Below, piece after piece: positions 39,401 to 47,960 of a stretch of DNA of 64,000 nt. Numbering within the stretch: position 1 is the stretch's first letter; every line of letters begins with the position of its first letter. The translations under genes and the position numbers were made by a program. The DNA comes from Nitrospiraceae bacterium (lineage in GTDB: Bacteria; Nitrospirota; Nitrospiria; Nitrospirales; Nitrospiraceae): assembly GCA_050246315.1 (NCBI GenBank), contig JBFWWG010000004.1, positions 64,001-128,000 on the forward strand, given 5' to 3'. Below the pieces are notes generated by a model. That model had not been told where the DNA came from and made no database searches. It saw only the letters and a program-made list of their open reading frames with translations.

Positions 39401-41314
39401 CACCGTGGCATCGTAGGACACAATCTGGCCCTTTTCATCGTCCTTGTGACCGGGCTTTCCTTGTGTCGGCAACTGCATTTCCACCCAGTCTTTGATCGTG
39501 ATCACGGCCGGACTGCCCTTCCAATTGCTCTTACCCTTATCCACAATCTGGAAAGTCTTTCCGAACCAGTCCACCGTCGTCCCGACCAATTTGTCGGAGG
39601 TCACGGGGTGCTTGATGCGTCCCTTGCGATCAGGCAATTCGCGCAGGTCCGGCATCGTGTCATTGCGATGGTCTCCATGCTGCAGCGTGTTGTACACCCG
39701 CCAGTATCCCCACATGCCCGCCACATAGTGGTGCGCGACGTGGCAGTGGAAGAGGAAGTCGCCGGCAAGTTGCTGGCACAGACCCGACCCGCACTCCGTT
39801 TCGAGGTCCAGCGCTTCCGACGGTCCGATGACTTCAACGTCTACGCGATCGGTCTTATGACGAATGACCGGATATTTCACAGGACCGTTTACGGAGACCG
39901 CCCAGAGGTTCATATCGTCGATGGCCCGCGGGCTGCGCGGCCAACGAATCGTCCCGCCGTGCGGATGGTGGGAGTGGAACACCTCCGACCCACCGTGCAC
40001 CAGCCGGAACTTCGCCGGATCGCCCAAATAGGACCGCGGAATGGTCGGGGACGGATCGCCGAACGTATAGGAGCTATAGCCCATCGACTCGTCTTCAAAC
40101 CCGAAGTATTCGTGCTGCACATGCATGTTGTTGATGCCGAAGGGCTCGCTGCGATAGTTGATCGCACGGGCGCCTGGCCGATACACGTCCGTCAACGGAT
40201 CGCGTTGCGGCAGGAAGTCGCCCTTCTTGTTGACCGGGCGGAACGCCTCGTCGCCCACTTCGTGATAAATCAACACGTATTCCCGGAAGTCCGGACCCGA
40301 GCCGTTGTCGATCATCACCTGCCAACCGCTACTGGCCGCCTCGTCCTTGGAGGTCGGATCTCCGAGCGCCTGCAGATAGGACGAGCCGCGCGGCTCGACG
40401 ACGAAGGCCCCAAAGAGCCCGAGCACCGTCAGCTCGCGATCATTGCTGAAGCTGTGGAATTGTTTCACACCCTCCTGGGCGGCCGGATGGATATACCATT
40501 CCATCTCCACCGCCTTGTCCGGCTTGGCAACCGAGTCCGGGTTGGTCGTGGTCGCCGCCTGTCCCGTGGCGCTGATGACTGGATAGGAGCCGTGGATGTG
40601 CAGGCTGACCTCGTCCACACCCTCCAGCTTGTTCTCCAGCTTGACCTTGACACAGTCGCCTTGGTTGGCGCGGAGCACGAGCGGCTCGATCCACTGAGCC
40701 TGCACACCGGGGAGCACCGCTCCCGGATCATAGCCTTCCTTCTCGCGCGCCTCCTTGTTCTTCGTCTCCTCGGCCCGCACCTTGTCGAGATTCTCCGTCA
40801 AGACGTACATGTAGCCGGGATAGTAATCGAGCCATTGATTGAGGGTGATCTCGATGTTGATCGCCTGCACGTTGAACTGCTTGACGGGCGCATACGCTGG
40901 ACACTTGCCCCCGCCCTCCATGACCGGCTCACGGCGCGGATCCGACATCAACAGGAGATCCTGCCCGCCGGCACCATACTGGTGCATCATGGACATCGTA
41001 TTGAAATTCCCCGTGCTGACCTGCTGCACCTGCGGATCCTTGGCCATCTGCTCCATGATCCGTTGATGTTGCTGCTCAACCTTCGCCGAACGATCCGGAC
41101 GACCCGACATCGCGTCTTCCACGACGGTCTGGCCTTTGAGCTGCTCCGCCCACTCCGGCGTGGCATGCCCCATGGAGGTCATATGGACCGAAGCATGGCC
41201 CTCATGGGACGTGTCTTCAGCCGCGCCGACCAGCGGGAGCGCCAGAAAGGCGCCTGCCGCCAGCAGGCTGACCCAACCACGAAGCGGTTGAATCTGATGG
41301 TGATGATTAAGCAT
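36443..41314 (-). CDS. Large multi-domain multicopper oxidase (MnxG-like)
   Basis: Signal peptide; copper motifs LHIHG, FHSHHPHG, HCHVAHHYVAGM, THWH, WHDH; repeated NYRSEP modules; 1623 aa. Confidence 0.9.
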   Translation of the reverse strand: MLNHHHQIQPLRGWVSLLAAGAFLALPLVGAAEDTSHEGHASVHMTSMGHATPEWAEQLKGQTVVEDAMSGRPDRSAKVEQQHQRIMEQMAKDPQVQQVSTGNFNTMSMMHQYGAGGQDLLLMSDPRREPVMEGGGKCPAYAPVKQFNVQAINIEITLNQWLDYYPGYMYVLTENLDKVRAEETKNKEAREKEGYDPGAVLPGVQAQWIEPLVLRANQGDCVKVKLENKLEGVDEVSLHIHGSYPVISATGQAATTTNPDSVAKPDKAVEMEWYIHPAAQEGVKQFHSFSNDRELTVLGLFGAFVVEPRGSSYLQALGDPTSKDEAASSGWQVMIDNGSGPDFREYVLIYHEVGDEAFRPVNKKGDFLPQRDPLTDVYRPGARAINYRSEPFGINNMHVQHEYFGFEDESMGYSSYTFGDPSPTIPRSYLGDPAKFRLVHGGSEVFHSHHPHGGTIRWPRSPRAIDDMNLWAVSVNGPVKYPVIRHKTDRVDVEVIGPSEALDLETECGSGLCQQLAGDFLFHCHVAHHYVAGMWGYWRVYNTLQHGDHRNDTMPDLRELPDRKGRIKHPVTSDKLVGTTVDWFGKTFQIVDKGKSNWKGSPAVITIKDWVEMQLPTQGKPGHKDDEKGQIVSYDATVLDWIWDGNKAMSEKESTFDSPKYKSTHPGKRHPITFEPTTGRVAWPHLTPHFGKRVMFSPNHVGAPWLEPIRRDDNGEESLDQAKPGENGVWSLCPENAGRKDYNVHFIKLPIKLAKAQGKEPAVVDQTGLIYVLHEEEAAIRANDDLKYPLVVRGNIYDCLDWTLTSEWEDDDYTNFQASKINTHWHFLQFDNQASDGVITGFSYEQSVRPFTMLEKKDKKGLPVPMNTVLTAPVKKGATTITVKNAAQYHPKILILVGADNVKGNEIARIKEIKGNTITLTKGLKHDHPAKDIVTVEFVRQRFWVDADVGTVFWHDHAFGATTWPHGGFGTFIAEPVGSTYHDPKTGKQVRSGPIADIRTIEPVGHNVNGSFRELMVQVHDTVPHTVNIVTAGNPPGQPVEVALEAGKTVSFQMPEKIYMTPMPFLNGGTHTTGSGLNFRAGPIAQRLASNPDVHQVFNSAIHGDPYTPLLRAYVGDTMVFRLLHTLMNESMVWTLSGHTFLTERYAGDANRKNSIHIGIAERYDLVVPKAGGPRLQAGDFIHFNGRASKLSEGGWGILRVYDKEQPDLQRLPAGYSGRNEIPAPIPVCPADAPVKSFNVVAIDYPNMKFNAKAPEAIEVDFERKIQITNPDAKIYVLEDEIATVANAQPMPLTLHVNVGDCIKVNLKNKMKSSRASFSAMSLAFDPKDSLGWNVGNNPNDQTVAPGESRTYTYYADPANGEITSLVWDGGNPMLNPRNGLFGAVVVGPKGSKYRDPKTGADVSNKNAWMVDVIVDRTISGNEFRTNYRDASLFFQDEDNIIGTSFMPYVQNVAGLTGVNYRSEPYKFREELGCTLGRVFQPCVADKPEDPVTPIIEAHAGDPVRLHILGATNEQNGMFSIEKHEWPIEPYMRGADMISVVEYSGSEVIDAFIPSAGGPYRLVGDFTYSNQRLPYSQSGQWGYVRVLPSGDQRLLPLSGAAVGVKKAQADSPAEAQVSPVASR

Positions 41315-41500
41315 GGACCGGCCTCCTTGCTGTGTTAATGAACTTGCTGATCAATCAGGACTGAAAAACCCGGGCGAGACATGTATCGAAGCGTCCACAC
41401 GAGCGATTCCGGCAGTGACGACAGACGTTTGTTGAAGGAGGGTTTTCACCGAAGGGAACTCTATGGTCACTGCAGGCATGCGGACTAGGTTGTGACTAAA

Positions 41501-41555
41501 TTACGATGTCGTAAAAGACCGAGCCCAAGATACTCAAGTTGAAGAAACGTGTCAA
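41501..41555 (-). promoter_or_regulatory. sigma70 promoter plus downstream palindrome for the oxidase gene
   Basis: TTGACA(41555-41550)-17-TATCTT(41532-41527); palindrome TTACGA-TG-TCGTAA at 41501-41514. Confidence 0.6.
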
Positions 41556-41708
41556 CCCTCAAACTCGCCCTCCAGCCCGATGTGCCGTCGATCCGAATCT
41601 GACTTTGCCATGACCGGTTTGACGCGTTCGGCTCGACCCTAATTCGGCGACGCACGGCACGAGCCCGTGTTTTCTTCATGTACTCCAGTTGTGAGATAAT
41701 GTTCCGAT

Positions 41709-43532
41709 ATGCTTGTTAAGAAATGGCTCGTCGGGCTTCCGCTCAAGACGGCGCAAGCGGCGCATGAACGCCTTTCCAAACGCTTGGCTCTGGCGATCTT
41801 TTGCCCTAATCCGCTTTCTTCGGTCGCGTACGCGACCGAAGAGATCCTCCTCGTTCTCATCCTTGCCGGGACGATGGCCTTGTGGTGGTCGATTCCCTTG
41901 AGTCTCGGAATCGTCGGGCTCATCCTCATCCTCAATGTCTCATACCGCCAGATTATTTATGAGTACCCCGAGGGCGGCGGCGCCTATGTGGTCGCCAAGA
42001 ATAATATCGGTGAACTGCCAGGTCTGACCGCGGCCGCGGCGCTCATGATCGACTATACGCTGACCGTCGCGGTCAGTACGGCCGCGGGCATCGCGGCAAT
42101 TACCTCCGCTTGGCCCACACTGTTCCCGTATCGTGTCGGGTTGGGGCTGGGAGCTATCATCCTCGTTGTCGTCATCAACCTTCGCGGTGTGCGGGAAACC
42201 GGACAAATCTTTGCCGTCCCCACTTACTTCGCACTCGTTGCACTGTCGGGCATGATCCTCGTCGGGTATACGCGGATCCTCTTCGACCACTCGGTGGCAC
42301 CCCTCTCGCCCCCGCCGGCCGCGGACCCGGTCCTATTCGAAGGTGTGATGTTCTTCCTGATCTGCCGGGCGTTTTCCGCCGGCTGCACGGCGGTCACGGG
42401 CATGGAGGTGATCTCCAACGGCGTTAAAGCCTTTCGTCCCCCCGAGCCCCTGAATGCCTCGATCACCATGACGGCGATGTCAATCATCCTGGCCGGTCTG
42501 TTCTTGGGAATCAGCGGATTGACCTACTATCACGGCATCGTTCCCAAGCCAGATGAAACCGTGGTATCTCAGTTGGCCCGGGCGGTCTTCGGCGAGGGGA
42601 CGCTCTACTACATTGTGCAAGCCTCTACGATGATGCTCTTGATTCTCGCCGCCAATAGCAGCTTTAGCGGATTCCCCCCACTGGCGAGCACCTTGGCGCG
42701 AGACGGCTTCATGCCACGCCAGATGTCAGGCATCGGAGATCGCCTGGTCTTTTCCAACGGCGTCATCATATTGGGCGTGCTTGCAGGGCTCCTGTTGCTC
42801 ATCTTTCAGGGCGATACCCACGCGTTGATCCCGCTCTACGCCATTGGTGTCTTCATTTCGTTCACCCTCTCTCAAACCGGGATGGTCCTGCGATGGCAGG
42901 CAAAGAGAGGGCCGCACTGGCGGAAGAAATTGTTCGTCAACGGTTTGGGGGCTGTCACAACCGGCATCTCCACCCTAATCATCACGATCACCAAGTTCGT
43001 GCAGGGAGCCTGGATCGTCATTCTGCTAATCCCGATTCTCATCATGTGGTTTCGGTCCATTCGCGCCCATTACAAGGCTGCGGCCGAACAGGTGGCGCTG
43101 GCCAGGGATCATCGTCCACCCGTACCCAGGTTGAATACCGTGATCATTCCGATCAGCGGCGTCAACCGCGCCGTCGTGCGGGCCGTGGACTATGCGCGCC
43201 ATCGCTCCACTGACGTGCGGGCCGTGCTGGTGGACATCGATCCGCAGGAAACCGCGCGGACGGAGATCCAGTGGGCGCAATGGGGATGTGGTGTCCCGCT
43301 CATCGTGTTGCCCTCTCCCTATCGGTCCATCCTGGAAACCCTGCTCGACTATATCGAACAGCTCCTGCAAAAGGATCAGGATGGATGGGTCACCGTGGTG
43401 TTGCCGGAAATATTGCCAGCGCGGTGGTGGCAGAACATCCTGCACAATCAGCGGGCCTTGATGTTGAAAGCGGCGCTTTTGTTCAAAGAGCGCGTGATCC
43501 TCACCGACGTCCCCTATCATCTCCAACGATAG
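41709..43532 (+). CDS. APC-superfamily permease, KimA/YdaO-like
   Basis: LSSVAYATEEI, YPEGGGAY, DYTLTVAVS, TGMEVISNG, LIPLYAIGVF, SPYRS, LHNQRA. Confidence 0.9.
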   Translation: MLVKKWLVGLPLKTAQAAHERLSKRLALAIFCPNPLSSVAYATEEILLVLILAGTMALWWSIPLSLGIVGLILILNVSYRQIIYEYPEGGGAYVVAKNNIGELPGLTAAAALMIDYTLTVAVSTAAGIAAITSAWPTLFPYRVGLGLGAIILVVVINLRGVRETGQIFAVPTYFALVALSGMILVGYTRILFDHSVAPLSPPPAADPVLFEGVMFFLICRAFSAGCTAVTGMEVISNGVKAFRPPEPLNASITMTAMSIILAGLFLGISGLTYYHGIVPKPDETVVSQLARAVFGEGTLYYIVQASTMMLLILAANSSFSGFPPLASTLARDGFMPRQMSGIGDRLVFSNGVIILGVLAGLLLLIFQGDTHALIPLYAIGVFISFTLSQTGMVLRWQAKRGPHWRKKLFVNGLGAVTTGISTLIITITKFVQGAWIVILLIPILIMWFRSIRAHYKAAAEQVALARDHRPPVPRLNTVIIPISGVNRAVVRAVDYARHRSTDVRAVLVDIDPQETARTEIQWAQWGCGVPLIVLPSPYRSILETLLDYIEQLLQKDQDGWVTVVLPEILPARWWQNILHNQRALMLKAALLFKERVILTDVPYHLQR

Positions 43533-43548
43533 CCGTCAGGAGTTCGCC

Positions 43549-44658
43549 ATGCCGATAACACGCCCCAGCTATCGAGGACTGATCCTGTTCCTGGCCGTAG
43601 GCGGGCTGAGCGTGCTCCTTGCTGGATCGGCCTGGTCGTTCGAGATCCTGGAACCAGACGAACAGGGGCAATTCAAGTCCGGCCAAACAGTCACCGCCAA
43701 GGTTGATCTCGGCAAGGATACCGGCGTCGTCAAGGTGCGCTACTATTGGTATTCGGAGCACGCCGAGGCGCTGGTCCAGGCCGATGAGCCTGCGCCCCAG
43801 TCATCGGACCAGTCATCACTCTCGACAAGCCAACGGGCTCTGGAGGAGGAACGCGCGACTGGGCAACAGATCGTCGCTCGGCCGGCGCTCGTGTCGACCG
43901 CCGAGAACGATCCACCCTTCGGAGGAAAGTTGACCATCCCGCACGAGGCGGTGGGCACCATCCGGCTCTTGGCCGTCGCGGAAATCTCGCGTGGCCGGCT
44001 CGGGATCCAGACGTCCTTCGACGAAATTCTTGTGAAGGCCGAGCCCCCGAGCGAACTCGCATCGATCGACTTCGAGACCGAAAAACCCCTCAAACTCGGC
44101 AGGATCGGACAGGCCGCCAGCTATGAGCAGGTGGACTTTCGCGGAAAGACCATCGAATTGCCGATCGTCGGCCTCTTCGCCGATGGGATCACTCGGAGCC
44201 TCTCTTCCCCCTCGACCGGCACCACGATCACCTCATCCAACCCAGCCGTCATCAAAGTGGAATCGTACGGCTTGCTCCGGCTCACCGGCAGCGGCCGCAC
44301 AACGTTGACGGTGAAGAATCGCGGCAAGGAAGCCTTGCTGGAGGTCATTTCGGCCCTGTCCGATGAGCCAAACGAGCCCCCGATCGCCGAAGCCGGAGAG
44401 AATCGGACCGTGAAGGCGGGACGAAAGGTCGAATTGAACGGGCTCAAGAGCCGAGACCCGGAGGGCGAAGCGCTGTTCTATTATTGGAGCCAGGTCCGCG
44501 GCAGCAAGGTGCCGCTGCTCGATCTGAACATGCCCCGGGCCTCCTTCGTCGCCCCGACCGTGTCCGAACCGCGACTGTTCCGCTTCAAGCTGCGGGTTTA
44601 CGATAAGCTGGGGGCGGATAGTTTGCCGGCATTTGTGGACGTCACGGTGGAACCTTGA
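43549..44658 (+). CDS. Exported Ig-like (BIG2) plus PKD/REJ-domain protein
   Basis: Signal peptide; TSSNPAVIKV; NEPPIAEAG...SRDPEG...YYWSQVRG. Confidence 0.8.
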   Translation: MPITRPSYRGLILFLAVGGLSVLLAGSAWSFEILEPDEQGQFKSGQTVTAKVDLGKDTGVVKVRYYWYSEHAEALVQADEPAPQSSDQSSLSTSQRALEEERATGQQIVARPALVSTAENDPPFGGKLTIPHEAVGTIRLLAVAEISRGRLGIQTSFDEILVKAEPPSELASIDFETEKPLKLGRIGQAASYEQVDFRGKTIELPIVGLFADGITRSLSSPSTGTTITSSNPAVIKVESYGLLRLTGSGRTTLTVKNRGKEALLEVISALSDEPNEPPIAEAGENRTVKAGRKVELNGLKSRDPEGEALFYYWSQVRGSKVPLLDLNMPRASFVAPTVSEPRLFRFKLRVYDKLGADSLPAFVDVTVEP

Positions 44659-44683
44659 GCCCGCGTCGCCCATGGACGCTCCT

Positions 44684-44713
44684 GCTGCAATCGCGCATTC
44701 GCTGCTGCGACAA
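44684..44713 (+). repeat. 30-nt dispersed intergenic repeat, copy 2
   Basis: GCTGCAATCGCGCATTCGCTGCTGCGACAA, 28/30 identical to the reverse complement of 8633..8662. Confidence 0.75.
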
Positions 44714-44946
44714 GCCTAGGCCACTCGACGGGATTTCTCCGGCGGCGACAATGAAGAGGGGCTCTGCCCGATGAGCCGCCGGCTCACACGAAGTGCGGTA
44801 TGGCGGGCGGGCTCGCCGCTCAGTCGGTCAACGTACCCGGCGGGTACGCCTTCCTTCCTCCCGGCTCCGGGCGCCCGTCTCGCCACGGGCAGCACGATCG
44901 GGGTCAGGTCTTGCAATCACACACAATGCTTCATGGGCAGGATTCC

Positions 44947-45362
44947 TTAGGACAGGATGGTTTTCACGAACCCGGCTCCTGAGATCACCGGTACATCCGC
45001 ATACTGCGTCCGCTCAGAGTCGTGATCGCCAGTGATCAGAAACTCCACCAGAGGGCGTGTCGCGGCGAGGTCCAGAAAGATCCGGTCTGTTTCATCACGA
45101 AGAGGAGTGTTGGTAGGATTTGGTTCGATGATTTCGGCGAGTTCAGGAAAGTCAGCCAGGAATTCCGCTATGTCAACTCCAGCTCTCTGAAACAGTCTAC
45201 GCAGACGCGGTCGAAACAACACAGCGCTCAGCTCAGCCAACGTGGGAGGACTCACAACGGGGACGGGAATGCCCGCAGCACCGCGTCTAAAATTTTCCCG
45301 GGTGGGCCTGCAGGAGGGATGAGGCCGGAGACGATGATGTTGGCGTCAACGATGACCCGCAC
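44947..45362 (-). pseudogene. PIN-domain (VapC-like) toxin, frameshifted
   Basis: GTG 45362 gives MRVIVDANIIVSGLI...; frame shifts near 45272-45274; downstream frame has LAEL, RDETDRIFL, ITGDHD. One extra G restores a single frame. Confidence 0.75.
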
Positions 45363-45603
45363 GCTTCCGTCGCACAGCCATTACTTCATGGGAGCTGGGT
45401 AGCGGAGTGAGGGTTCCTGATTCTTTCGCAGCACCTCTCAGCCGTTGTCCCATGCGAGCTATACGCCGCCGAGCGGTCCGCCGCCGTTCGGGCTCGATCA
45501 GCAGCACATTACCCTCCCGCTTAACCATCACAGGTCCCGCCTAGCCCTTCAACAGCGAAGAAGGGATCAACAAGCCATCTTTGGTCTGCCGCAGCTTACT
45601 CAT
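45346..45603 (-). pseudogene. Antitoxin-like gene with in-frame TAG
   Basis: ATG 45603: MSKLRQTKDGLLIPSSLLKG*AGPVMVKREGNVLLIEPE...; TAG at 45543-45541; AbrB/MazE-like pattern; overlaps the toxin start. Confidence 0.65.
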
Positions 45604-45671
45604 ACCCCCTATCGCCAACAGGGTGCCAAGAATAGCCGAGTCCCGCATCGAACATAACTTGACTGGCGTTT

Positions 45672-47285
45672 CTAGGCCCTACTCACCCGCATCGGTCCGT
45701 AGGTTTGACGGGCCTTCCGCAATTCCTCCACATGCCGTCGTAAGGCGGGGCTAAATCGTGAACGGAGGACCGTCATGCGCATCGGCGCGATGGTCCTCTC
45801 AACCTTGGCAATCCGGTTTTTGAGCTGCTCGACCAATTCCTTCCCTGAGCGGGTCAGCCAGCCAAGTGAGCGATTCGCATACTCCAAGTCTTGAATGGAA
45901 TATCGCACCGATTCGACTTCTTCCAGGCAGCGGAACTGCGCACGGAGGAGGTCACGTCTGGTGAGGCCGGCTGTACGCCAGCGGTCCGGGCGTTTCTGTC
46001 CCCAGGTTGACAGCCGCTCGAACAACAGCGCTCCCATCGTAAACGTGAACGTGGCATGGAGAATGCCGCGGATCGGGCGAAGGCTGCGCCGCCAGGGAGA
46101 GTAGAACCGTTCTTGATTGTGATCTCCTTTATAGAAGACATACTTCCTGAGTAACAGGTTCAGATGGTGATGGCTGTTCTCATGGATCAGGTCGTCGATC
46201 AGATCCAGTTGGTCCCGCTCGAACATATTGATGAAGGACAAGCCCGGCCTGTGACGATAGCTGAAGCTGACGACGCCGCTTGCTCGCAGCGGGACCACTC
46301 TCGTCGTAAACAGCGACAGCAGATTGAGCCCCTCCGGCCAAGCTTCTTCGATCACGTCGATAGCCCGCCTGAGGCGAGGGAGCAAGGTCGGCGAGGAGGA
46401 TCGCGCATCGCGAGGGATACGCTGCCGGTCATACACCAACGTCGGTCCCAGCGTGAGCCCGTGCCGCCAACGGACATCGGCTTCCTGCACGTAGCAGGGC
46501 GGATGGTATGTCCAAAACCATCTGGGGACATCCTCGCAGACGAGGATCACGGATCGCTTCCGGCCGATCTTGAGGGTCATCTCGCCCGAAAAGATTTCGA
46601 ATTGCGCGGAGGAGCGCTTGCCACCCGGCCGCATCGTTGTCGTGGAGGGCATTGCGACAACGGTGCCGTCGATTCCAACCGGAAGCGTCTTCGCCGGTTC
46701 GGCGCGTTCGAGGTCAACATCGAGATCGCCCAGAACGATCCACCGTTTCCGCTGTTCTTGCCTCACCCATCGACAGGGCAAGCCCGGCACCAGAAAGAGC
46801 GATTCCTGCACCAACTCTCGGCTCAACCGTTCGCACAGTCTGGTCAAGCGCGGAACGAGGCGCGAGGGTTCAGGACGACGATTCGGGAAGAGCTCGTCTA
46901 GATAGGTATGTTCGTAGAATCGTTCTTGGCACTCGGCGAGAAACTGTTCGGCGAATTCCGATCGATCGGGCTCGCGTCCGAGTTGCGAGAGGACGTCGAT
47001 GAAGTACAGCAGGTCGTTGAGGCCTTCGACCCACCCGACAACTTTCCAGGAATCCCACGCGTCCGGGCTCAGCGAGTCATGAAGTAGCCGAAAGTAGGCA
47101 AGCGGCAGATCGAACCGAGCGACAGCCCCGGGGTACTGTCGCTCTAAATCGTCACAGAGCCCTCGAAGGAGCGACTTGATCGACCGGCGAAACGAGTGGT
47201 TCAATCGAACGAGATGGGCTATGCGGAAGGGATCAAGGGACACAAGGGTCCAAATCGAGCGATCGTCAACCGATTCTCGGCGCAC
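45672..47285 (-). CDS. HExxH-domain putative peptide-modification (aKG-HExxH-type) protein
   Basis: LIHENSHHHL followed by YSPWRRSLRPIRGILHA; start uncertain. Confidence 0.75.
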   Translation of the reverse strand: MRRESVDDRSIWTLVSLDPFRIAHLVRLNHSFRRSIKSLLRGLCDDLERQYPGAVARFDLPLAYFRLLHDSLSPDAWDSWKVVGWVEGLNDLLYFIDVLSQLGREPDRSEFAEQFLAECQERFYEHTYLDELFPNRRPEPSRLVPRLTRLCERLSRELVQESLFLVPGLPCRWVRQEQRKRWIVLGDLDVDLERAEPAKTLPVGIDGTVVAMPSTTTMRPGGKRSSAQFEIFSGEMTLKIGRKRSVILVCEDVPRWFWTYHPPCYVQEADVRWRHGLTLGPTLVYDRQRIPRDARSSSPTLLPRLRRAIDVIEEAWPEGLNLLSLFTTRVVPLRASGVVSFSYRHRPGLSFINMFERDQLDLIDDLIHENSHHHLNLLLRKYVFYKGDHNQERFYSPWRRSLRPIRGILHATFTFTMGALLFERLSTWGQKRPDRWRTAGLTRRDLLRAQFRCLEEVESVRYSIQDLEYANRSLGWLTRSGKELVEQLKNRIAKVERTIAPMRMTVLRSRFSPALRRHVEELRKARQTYGPMRVSRA

Positions 47286-47455
47286 ACTCTAGCGCAGGAA
47301 CCTTCAGAGGAGCAACTTTGTGAAACTGGTAAGGGAGGAACTCGCAAATGGAAGGGTTGAAGAACCTGTTCGAATCGCCCGCCATCCCCCGCCGTCCTCC
47401 GGATGCCAGCCCCTTTGTTGAGCCACCACCAGAACGGCAGGATCTCGCACCGGCT

Positions 47456-47698
47456 TCAGGCGGGCATCCCGACAGCAGGCGGCGCCACCTCAACTTCCGG
47501 CTGCTGCTCGGGAACATCCACGATCACGAGCCTCGATACCTGTGAAGCCTGAGCCGTCCGATGCTTCAGTATCAACGGGTCTACAATGTTGCCGCAGGCC
47601 ACACAACGCCAACTCTTGATCCACAGAGGCCCCAGGCTTTCTCGAATATCGAGAAGATGATCCTCGATCATCAGCCCATGACAACGTGCGCACTTCAT
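47456..47698 (-). CDS. Small CxxC...CxxC zinc-finger-like protein (80 aa)
   Basis: MKCARCHGLM...WRCVACGNIVDP; AAGGAGG RBS before ATG 47698. Confidence 0.8.
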   Translation of the reverse strand: MKCARCHGLMIEDHLLDIRESLGPLWIKSWRCVACGNIVDPLILKHRTAQASQVSRLVIVDVPEQQPEVEVAPPAVGMPA

Positions 47699-47766
47699 GT
47701 TCGCCTCCTTTGTTCTCGTCTCATCCGCAGTTCCGGTTCTCCTGTGGGCATGCGTCTCGGTTAATC

Positions 47767-47781
47767 GCAACGCTGATGCCA
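47767..47781 (-). promoter_or_regulatory. sigma54 -24/-12 promoter
   Basis: TGGCATCAGCGTTGC (GG-N10-GC), about 70 nt upstream of ATG 47698. Confidence 0.7.
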
Positions 47782-47960
47782 TATCGGTGGTCACTATCAG
47801 GTCAAAATTCGGCTATTTCCTCGGCAATGCAACAACGTTAAAATTAGAGGGTTTACAGCCTGGATCCGCAGCACCCGGATCAAGCACCTCGCGATCTTCC
47901 CATCAATCGGGGAATCTGTACCGAAGCGATCCCTTGGAAGGCAGGTGAGAAGGAGACAGA

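Noticed and set aside
36743..41338. Long + strand ORFs of 874 and 630 aa
   Set aside because: Antisense shadows of the multicopper oxidase caused by GC-biased codon use; no motifs.
45541..45543. Pyrrolysine or programmed read-through at the TAG
   Set aside because: No pyl machinery is seen and the partner gene is also broken; decay is the simpler explanation.
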